DNA of 19,481 nt, from assembly GCA_964504055.1 (NCBI GenBank), contig CAZDCU010000010.1, forward strand, positions 8,568-28,048, given 5' to 3'. The notes beneath the pieces were generated by a model. That model saw only the letters and a program-made list of their open reading frames with translations, was not told the DNA's origin and made no database searches. Shown piece by piece: positions 9,275 to 15,203 of this stretch (its first letter is position 1; every line of letters starts with the position of its first letter). Origin of the DNA: an uncultured Methanomassiliicoccales archaeon. Lineage in GTDB: Archaea > Thermoplasmatota > Thermoplasmata > Methanomassiliicoccales > Methanomethylophilaceae. The translations under genes and the position numbers were made by a program.

Positions 9275-10716
9275 CGGATATCCGCAGTGATGATTACAGA
9301 AAAACAGTCGCAGAATACATCGGAGAAGGTTACGGCATAATCGACATGTTCGCATCCGAAAGACATCCTGCGGAAAATGAACACGTCAACGTCATTCTGA
9401 GAAAAGACAATGAAATTGTCAGAGTAATCTGCGATGTGAAAGACGGCAGATATGATTCTCTTTCGGAAAACATACCGTCTGCGGAAATCTACGAACGTCT
9501 GATCAGAGAATACAGCGGATTCGATGCCGTAGGTCTCGGAAACGAATGTCCCGTCACATACTGGAGAACCGGCAATCCGCCTCTGAAGAAGGAACGTTCC
9601 GATATCGGAGAAACAAGAATTTCCGTTCCGCACAACAACATCCGCGGTGACGGAATCTTCGAGATACCTGTCGGACCCGTACATGCGGGAGTAATCGAGC
9701 CGGGTCATTTCAGATTCAGTGTTGCCGGAGAATCGGTAATCAAACTGAATGTACACCTCGGTTATACACACAGGGGAATCGAGAAGATGATGGAAGGTCC
9801 TGTTTCCAGAAACAGAATCCATCTTATCGAACGTACATCGGGAGATACCACCGTTGCAAATTCATTGGCATACTGTCATATCATGGAAAACAACGAAAAA
9901 GTTCCGGAACGTGCGCAGTTTATACGTGTGATTGCTTCGGAACTTGAGAGATTGGCTTCGCATGTGTCAGCCATAGGGGGAGTATGTACCGATACGGCGT
10001 TTTCCGTCCCTGCGGCATTGGGTTCACGTCTTCATGAAGACGTGCTTCGTATCAATCTCAGAGTTTTCAAAGACAGATTCATGCGTAACGTCATCGTTCC
10101 GGGTGGAGTAAGGAAGGATATCGATAAAGAAAACCGCAGGTTCCTGACCGAGTCTCTGCTGAAACTGAAATTGGATATTATGGAATTGTCCGATATGATG
10201 ATGAATTCCTCTACACTCCTCGACCGTCTCGAGACTACAGGTGTACTCAAAAAAGAAGTGGCGGAAATCCACAGGGCGGTAGGTCCGATTGCAAGAGCAA
10301 GCGGAGTGACATCCGATGTAAGGAAAGAATGTCCTTACGATGCATATGATAAGCTGGGATTCACGATTCATACGGAAACTTCCGGAGATGTACTTGCAAG
10401 AACCGAAGTGAGAATAAGAGAAGCGTATGAATCGATCGATCTCATAATGCAGTCTCTCGCTCTCATCGAAGACGGTCCGCTGAGGATAGATGTGAAACCG
10501 AACGACGGATTTGCGGTATCTGTTGTAGAATCGGCGAGAGGAGAACTTGTACACTCTGCGGAGATACGTGACGGTGAAATCTGGAGATACAGCATACGTG
10601 ATCCGTCTCTCGTGGATTGGCCGATGATGTCCTATGCAGTACCGGGAAACGTCGTTCCCGATTTCCCGTTGATCAACAAGAGTTTCAGTCTTTCGTACAG
10701 CGGAAACGATCTGTGA
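9271..10716 (+). CDS. HycE/HyfG-like fused NuoC-NuoD-type 'large subunit' homolog lacking all four NiFe-ligand cysteines
   Basis: 481 aa with a TTG start overlapping the upstream stop. The N-terminal part has a NuoC-like motif (IPSAEIYERLIREYSGFDAVG). The remainder is HycE-like (GPVHAGVIEPGHFRFSV, GYTHRGIEK). At the expected N-terminal RxCGxCxxxH position it reads ERTSGDTTVANS. At the expected C-terminal DPCxxCxxR position it reads SFSLSYSGNDL, and the protein ends there. Confidence 0.9.
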   Translation: MTDIRSDDYRKTVAEYIGEGYGIIDMFASERHPAENEHVNVILRKDNEIVRVICDVKDGRYDSLSENIPSAEIYERLIREYSGFDAVGLGNECPVTYWRTGNPPLKKERSDIGETRISVPHNNIRGDGIFEIPVGPVHAGVIEPGHFRFSVAGESVIKLNVHLGYTHRGIEKMMEGPVSRNRIHLIERTSGDTTVANSLAYCHIMENNEKVPERAQFIRVIASELERLASHVSAIGGVCTDTAFSVPAALGSRLHEDVLRINLRVFKDRFMRNVIVPGGVRKDIDKENRRFLTESLLKLKLDIMELSDMMMNSSTLLDRLETTGVLKKEVAEIHRAVGPIARASGVTSDVRKECPYDAYDKLGFTIHTETSGDVLARTEVRIREAYESIDLIMQSLALIEDGPLRIDVKPNDGFAVSVVESARGELVHSAEIRDGEIWRYSIRDPSLVDWPMMSYAVPGNVVPDFPLINKSFSLSYSGNDL

Positions 10717-10725
10717 GGTGTATGT

Positions 10726-11472
10726 ATGCTGAGTTTCAATCTTAAAAATGCATTTTCCAAGAAGGTTGCGGAATCGATTCCCGTTCTGAACGAAAATTCT
10801 CTGATGATGCCTTTTCCCGACGGATGTACTCACTGCGGTGCCTGTATTGACAACTGTCCGTCGAAAGCTATCGATATCGTCAACAATAAATGGACAATAG
10901 ACCTCGGAAGATGCGTATTCTGTCTGGAATGTACCGAAATCTGTCCCGAACACGCTCTTACGAAGATTCCCGCACCCGATTATACACTTTCACGTGAAGA
11001 AATGATTTATTCGGAATCGAAACAACCCGATTATCATTATGAAAAATTGCCGGAAGAGTTCGTAAAATCATTCGGAAAATCAATTTCGATAAGAGAAATC
11101 GATGCAGGTTCCTGTAATGCATGTGAAACCGAGATCAACTGCTGTTCCAACCCGTATTACGATATGGGACGTTTCGGACTGAAGATTGTGGCATCGCCGA
11201 GACACGCGGATGTTTTCATCGTAACAGGCCCTATGACCGAGAATATGGCTGAGGCCGCAAAACGTACCTACGATGCGGCACCGTTTCCGAAGATGGTGAT
11301 TGCAACAGGTACATGTGCAATATCCAACGGAATCTTCGCAGACGGTGACGTAAGAGAAGGCGGTACCGAGAGTGTTCTTCATCCCGATATGTACATAATC
11401 GGATGTCCTCCGTCACCGAACAGGATTATACGTTCGATTCTGAAGGCATTCGGATTTATTGAACAACAATGA
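10726..11472 (+). CDS. Fusion of a HycF/NuoI-like 2x[4Fe-4S] ferredoxin domain and a HycG/NuoB-like small subunit
   Basis: 248 aa. The N-terminal part has CTHCGACIDNCP and CVFCLECTEICP, two CxxCxxCxxxCP motifs. The C-terminal part has DAGSCNACETEI, ATGTCA and IIGCPPSP, the NuoB/HycG-type cluster ligands. GAGGTG lies upstream of the ATG. Confidence 0.88.
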   Translation: MLSFNLKNAFSKKVAESIPVLNENSLMMPFPDGCTHCGACIDNCPSKAIDIVNNKWTIDLGRCVFCLECTEICPEHALTKIPAPDYTLSREEMIYSESKQPDYHYEKLPEEFVKSFGKSISIREIDAGSCNACETEINCCSNPYYDMGRFGLKIVASPRHADVFIVTGPMTENMAEAAKRTYDAAPFPKMVIATGTCAISNGIFADGDVREGGTESVLHPDMYIIGCPPSPNRIIRSILKAFGFIEQQ

Positions 11473-11839
11473 CGATACACTGTGCGTTGCTTACAACGTA
11501 GTTGGAAACGCTTCCGAGAACCACTCTGTCAAGGCCTGTCTTATTGGCAGCTCTTCCCACGATGATTGCACTGCAGTTAAGTCTCTGCGCACATTCCAAA
11601 AGCACTGTCGAAGGATGACCGGATTCCACCTGTGTTACAACATCTACACCCTGTTCGGATGCTGTTTTCTTAATCTGTGCAAACTTTTCTTCAATAGCAT
11701 CCATTTCCGAAAGATGTTCTTTGGACGGGAACACGGAGACAATATGAAGGCGTTCGTTGAACGATTTCGCATATTTCAGAGCATAATCCAACGCTTTCTG
11801 AGTGTGCTCTCTGCCGTCATATGCCATCAGTACAGTCAT
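11456..11839 (-). CDS. Universal stress protein (UspA family)
   Basis: MTVLMAYDG...IVGRAANKTGLDRVVLGSVSNYVVSNAQCIVIVV shows a typical USP fold with a G-x-G...GS ATP-binding-type motif. I prefer the ATG at 11839 (or 11851) because a TATA-like element sits about 27 nt upstream. The ORF-track start at 11926 adds an atypical N-terminal extension. The 3-prime end overlaps the convergent hyf-like gene by 17 nt. Confidence 0.85.
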   Translation of the reverse strand: MTVLMAYDGREHTQKALDYALKYAKSFNERLHIVSVFPSKEHLSEMDAIEEKFAQIKKTASEQGVDVVTQVESGHPSTVLLECAQRLNCSAIIVGRAANKTGLDRVVLGSVSNYVVSNAQCIVIVVQ

Positions 11840-11861
11840 TGTTCCGCCCATGTCGGTTGTA

Positions 11862-11873
11862 CTATAAAAATAA
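11862..11873. promoter_or_regulatory. TATA-like element in the divergent USP / RyR-gene control region
   Basis: The element reads TTATTTTTATAG on the minus strand and CTATAAAAATAA on the plus strand. It is centred about 27 nt upstream of the USP ATG at 11839, consistent with a leaderless transcript. Because it is quasi-symmetric, it could also serve the plus-strand gene. A second TATA-like ATATATAG lies at 11929-11936 on the plus strand. Confidence 0.35.
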
Positions 11874-11910
11874 GGGTAACTCTTCAGAGCATCTTCGATT
11901 TGCGGCGGAT

Positions 11911-12519
11911 GTGCAGGGTTACACACTCATATATAGTCAGGATTTCATTCTCTTCCCGATACGGGCGGTTGATTCGCAGAATTCCGAATGTCTGTATCGG
12001 ACTGTCGGTGATACGTTGGTTTGTGAATATGTGTCTGATAATTTTTCCGAATATCCGAAAGAAGAGGATATCGAAAAGACAGCACAGGTTATTCACAGTT
12101 ATTACAACAGAAACCGTCTGACTGAGTTTCCGGACAAACCTCTTGAATATCCGACCTGGGAGGATTTACCCCAGGATCTGAAACATTCCAACATAATGCA
12201 GGCGAAAGACATTCCCAGGAAACTTACTCTGATCGACTGTCATATCGAAAAAGACGACGGTTCCGGACTGAAATCGTTCACTTCCGAAGAAGAGATACTT
12301 TTAGGAAAGATTGAGCATGAAAGATGGGTCGGAGAGAGAATTTCGGAAGGTTGGAAATACGGTTCCGAAAAAAATGTTGAGAAACGTATTTCTCCGTACA
12401 TCGCCGAATGGGATAAAATTCCCGAATCGATCAGGCTGTACGATATCGAAGCAGTCAGAAACATAATTCCGCTTCTGAAATTATCGGGTTTGATGGTGGT
12501 GCGCAATGACAGGAAATAA
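11911..12519 (+). CDS. Protein with two tandem RyR (ryanodine-receptor-type) domain repeats
   Basis: The C-terminal repeat EHERWVGERISEGWKYGSEKNVEKRISPYIAEWDKIPESIRLYDIEAVRNIIPLLKLSGLMVV fits the prokaryotic RyR-domain pattern (HERW..GW.YG...P....W..IPE....D...VR.IP.LL...G). The preceding segment AQVIHSYYN...YPTWEDLPQDLKHSNIMQAKDIPRKLTLIDCHI is a more divergent copy. The stop at 12519 is firm, but the start is uncertain. ATG 11821 would overlap the divergent USP 5-prime end. Alternatives are GTG 11911, TTG 12016 (GGTGA 4 nt upstream) and GTG 12031. Confidence 0.7.
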   Translation: MQGYTLIYSQDFILFPIRAVDSQNSECLYRTVGDTLVCEYVSDNFSEYPKEEDIEKTAQVIHSYYNRNRLTEFPDKPLEYPTWEDLPQDLKHSNIMQAKDIPRKLTLIDCHIEKDDGSGLKSFTSEEEILLGKIEHERWVGERISEGWKYGSEKNVEKRISPYIAEWDKIPESIRLYDIEAVRNIIPLLKLSGLMVVRNDRK

Positions 12520-14461
12520 AACAGACAGTTCGTTGGATGCACCGTTATTTATCTCGGTGACAGGACACGCAGACATACCTTCAAAGGATTTTCAGTTCAT
12601 CGAATCGGAATTGGATAAACTTTTTACGATGTTACGGACGAAATATCCCGACACCAGACTCGTATTGATTTCAGGAATGTGTCAGGGTGCGGATATCATC
12701 GTTTCCGAGTTTGCTCTGAAGAAAGGACTGCATGTTGCGCCTGTTCTTCCCATGTCTTTGGAGAAATACAGGAAAACATTCTCATCGGAAGATTATCTTC
12801 ACAGAATGGAAGTTATCCTTGAAAATGAGAACACATACAGTCCGTTTGTCATAGAAACCGATTCCGATGACGAAAGAGACAGTTACACAAATCTTTCTGC
12901 ATTCTTAATTTTCAATTCAAGTGTTATGATTTCCCTTTGGGACGGAAGGAGTTACGAACGTAACGGCGGTACTTTCGATACAATGAGGATGGCTTACGAG
13001 GGCGTTGACACATCTGTCATGCAGAATTATTCGAGAACCGTTTCCGGTACCGCATCGGACATACCGTTCCGCCTGAAATATCTTGATTCTGCGGAAGACT
13101 GTCTGATTTACAGAATTCCCGTATCCCGTGAATCTTCCGATGAAGAATTGATCGGAAAAGGATGTAAAAATCCCAATGAAATCAAACAGGGCTGCGGTTT
13201 CATTGTCCCCATAGTGGTTCAGTCCGACGGTGCGGAACCCGATATCATGTCTCCGAAAGTTATTCCTTCGGATACAATTCCCCCGATCTATGATTCCGCA
13301 TTCGCAAGGATGGATGAATTCAACAGAGATGTAAAGAATCATCTCAACAGTCATTCCGGCGTTTCCTGTATCGATGCGGATTCAGATTCGGATTACGAAT
13401 GTGATTCCTGTTTCTATCTTCTTTCCGCAAAAAGCGACAGTGTTAAGAAAACAATAGAAAAAGTCAAAAAATCACCGACGATGAATCTTACGGCCGAACG
13501 TTATCACATAGCGGATGTTTTGGCACTGAGAGATCAGTCTTCTACTTTCAGAATGATCCGTGCGATTATTCTCGTAACTGCACTTTCCGGATTCTTCTTC
13601 AGTCTGTTCATACTGATGAACGGTTCCGTTCTGATCAACGTAATATACACAGTACTGATGATAGGCGGTACCGCTCTGATATATCTGCATAACAGAAAGG
13701 GAGATTATCTCAGATTCATCGAATACAGAGCGTTGGCGGAATCCATGAGAGTAGAATACTACCGTACGCTGATGGGCGTCCGCCGTCTGATTCCGAATTC
13801 ATGTTACGGATACATGAAAAACGAACTGCTTTGGACGAATACCGTTCTCAAATCATGGAACACACCGTTCATGAACGATTACGGTTCGCTTCCCGTACTG
13901 AGTGATGATGAAATCATTTCATTGGTAAACGAATGCTGGGTCGACGACCAGATGAATTACCATGAAAAAACCAAAAACAGGAACCGTGCCAAACTGACAA
14001 AGAACAAAAACGAGGCAAAAATTCTGTCTGTTACAACTACAGTAATTTCGGGATTATTGGCCGCATCGACAATGTTCTTCGAAGAATTCATGGACGGTTC
14101 GGTTGCTTCCGTCGGAGGATTGGTACTTTTCGGAGTACGTATGGTGCCCGTTCTGAATGTGGATATCACATTCATAGTCAGGGCTCTGCTTGTGGTACTT
14201 GTTGCGTTATCCACGTATGTTATGACTTCCGCCATTCTTATCCACGGAGGAACTCCCGAACAGATCGAATCGAAAAGACAGATGTTTGTTATTGCAAAAC
14301 TCCGTATGATGAAATCCGATTCAAAGATTCAGAGAGAAATTCTGCTTGAATTGGGCGATCAGTGCATAGCGGAGATGAACGATTGGGTTTACGAACACAG
14401 AATGAAGGATTACAAATCGGGCGTAGCCAAAACGAGTCTTATGGATGTGGATTCGAAATAA
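12506..14461 (+). CDS. SLOG-like (SMF/DprA-LOG superfamily) N-terminal domain fused to two 2TM (SLATT-like) membrane modules; predicted ligand-gated membrane effector
   Basis: 651 aa. The N-terminal roughly 165-210 aa show a Rossmannoid strand/Gly-loop pattern like LOG/YpsA/ThsA-SLOG: LFISVTGHADIP, RLVLISGMCQGADIIVSEFA, VMISLWDGRSYERNGGTFDT. The C-terminal half has two similar modules. Each is a polar helix starting xYH (ERYHIADVLALRDQ..., MNYHEKTKNRNRAKL...) followed by a pair of TM helices (aa about 350-395 and about 505-579). The ATG lies inside the end of the RyR gene, a 14-nt overlap. Confidence 0.72.
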   Translation: MTGNKTDSSLDAPLFISVTGHADIPSKDFQFIESELDKLFTMLRTKYPDTRLVLISGMCQGADIIVSEFALKKGLHVAPVLPMSLEKYRKTFSSEDYLHRMEVILENENTYSPFVIETDSDDERDSYTNLSAFLIFNSSVMISLWDGRSYERNGGTFDTMRMAYEGVDTSVMQNYSRTVSGTASDIPFRLKYLDSAEDCLIYRIPVSRESSDEELIGKGCKNPNEIKQGCGFIVPIVVQSDGAEPDIMSPKVIPSDTIPPIYDSAFARMDEFNRDVKNHLNSHSGVSCIDADSDSDYECDSCFYLLSAKSDSVKKTIEKVKKSPTMNLTAERYHIADVLALRDQSSTFRMIRAIILVTALSGFFFSLFILMNGSVLINVIYTVLMIGGTALIYLHNRKGDYLRFIEYRALAESMRVEYYRTLMGVRRLIPNSCYGYMKNELLWTNTVLKSWNTPFMNDYGSLPVLSDDEIISLVNECWVDDQMNYHEKTKNRNRAKLTKNKNEAKILSVTTTVISGLLAASTMFFEEFMDGSVASVGGLVLFGVRMVPVLNVDITFIVRALLVVLVALSTYVMTSAILIHGGTPEQIESKRQMFVIAKLRMMKSDSKIQREILLELGDQCIAEMNDWVYEHRMKDYKSGVAKTSLMDVDSK

Positions 14462-14479
14462 CCGGAGTGTGTGGGAAAT

Positions 14480-15199
14480 ATGATGATTGTCGGAGAAGAA
14501 GACGCTGCAAAGAGGCATCAGACCCGTATAAAGAAGATAAAGGCGCATATCAGACTGAATGCTACGCCGAATAACGTTATGAGTATCTGCAGCAAAGCCG
14601 GTCTTCCGTTCCCCAAAGGTGTTTCCTTTGAAAAATTCCCCGAATGGCTCGATGAAAATCTCAGAGATCTTCCGGATTCTTCTTTGGTACAGATTATGAG
14701 AAAATTGGGTCTGACTGTCGTTTCCGACCCTGCGGATTTCAACGGAGTTTTCATCATTCACTGCAGTGCGGATAAAAAACTTGCAGATGCGGTGACAAAA
14801 TCACTCAATGAGATAGGAATAGACGATTCTATGATTTACTATTCATCCGGAGAAGAGACGGGAACGAGACTCGGAACATCATTTGTGGATATCATATTCA
14901 AATGCATCAGAGATGCAAAACTGATTTTATGCATACTCAGTAACAATTCGATCAACAGTCAGTACTGTATGCAGGAAGCAGGCGCTTCCATGATTCTGAA
15001 CAAACCGATAATTCCGATTTTATCAGGGATTGAACCGACAGAGATGCCCGGTTTCATGGATAATACACGTTACATCGCAGCGGACATGTCAACAGCTGAG
15101 AATGCGAAAGCATTTCTCAAGGAAGTCTGCCGTATTATGGAAATAGATGCATCTTCGGCATCCGTTTCGTTGGGTGTTCAGAAAGTTCTCAGCAGGTGA
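14480..15199 (+). CDS. TIR-domain protein with an uncharacterised N-terminal region of about 90 aa
   Basis: The C-terminal part fits a bacterial-type TIR (TIR_2-like) pattern: GVFIIHCSADKKLADAVTKSLNEIGI..., GTSFVDIIFKCIRDAKLILCILSNNSINSQYCMQEAGASMILNKPIIPIL. This includes the xCxxE glutamate position (E at 14975-14977). The start is either ATG 14480 or the upstream in-frame GTG 14471, 9-18 nt after the stop of the previous gene. Confidence 0.82.
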   Translation: MMIVGEEDAAKRHQTRIKKIKAHIRLNATPNNVMSICSKAGLPFPKGVSFEKFPEWLDENLRDLPDSSLVQIMRKLGLTVVSDPADFNGVFIIHCSADKKLADAVTKSLNEIGIDDSMIYYSSGEETGTRLGTSFVDIIFKCIRDAKLILCILSNNSINSQYCMQEAGASMILNKPIIPILSGIEPTEMPGFMDNTRYIAADMSTAENAKAFLKEVCRIMEIDASSASVSLGVQKVLSR

Positions 15200-15203
15200 A
15201 AAC

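Noticed and set aside
9118-10953. Long minus-strand ORFs 9118-9822 (234 aa) and 10024-10953 (309 aa)
   Set aside because: They lie entirely antisense to the strongly supported HycE-like and HycF-HycG-like genes. Their composition is Arg/Phe/Ser/Cys-rich as expected for reverse-frame translation, they contain no motifs, and they would break an otherwise tightly coupled operon.
4227-11472. Annotating the cluster as a functional formate hydrogenlyase / hydrogenase-4
   Set aside because: The large-subunit homolog lacks cysteines at both NiFe-binding motif positions and has no C-terminal maturation peptide. No formate dehydrogenase, HycB/HyfA or hyp genes are in the window, so the hydrogenase-related (Ehr-type) call is safer.
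11459-12121. Plus-strand 220-aa ORF 11459-12121 spanning the USP gene and the divergent intergenic region
   Set aside because: It is antisense to the well-supported USP gene and out of frame with the RyR-repeat ORF. Its translation is Cys/Arg/Phe-rich with no motifs.
14321-14761. Minus-strand 146-aa ORF spanning the SLOG-TM / TIR gene junction
   Set aside because: It is antisense to two co-directional genes with recognisable domains. It shows no motifs and no promoter-like context.
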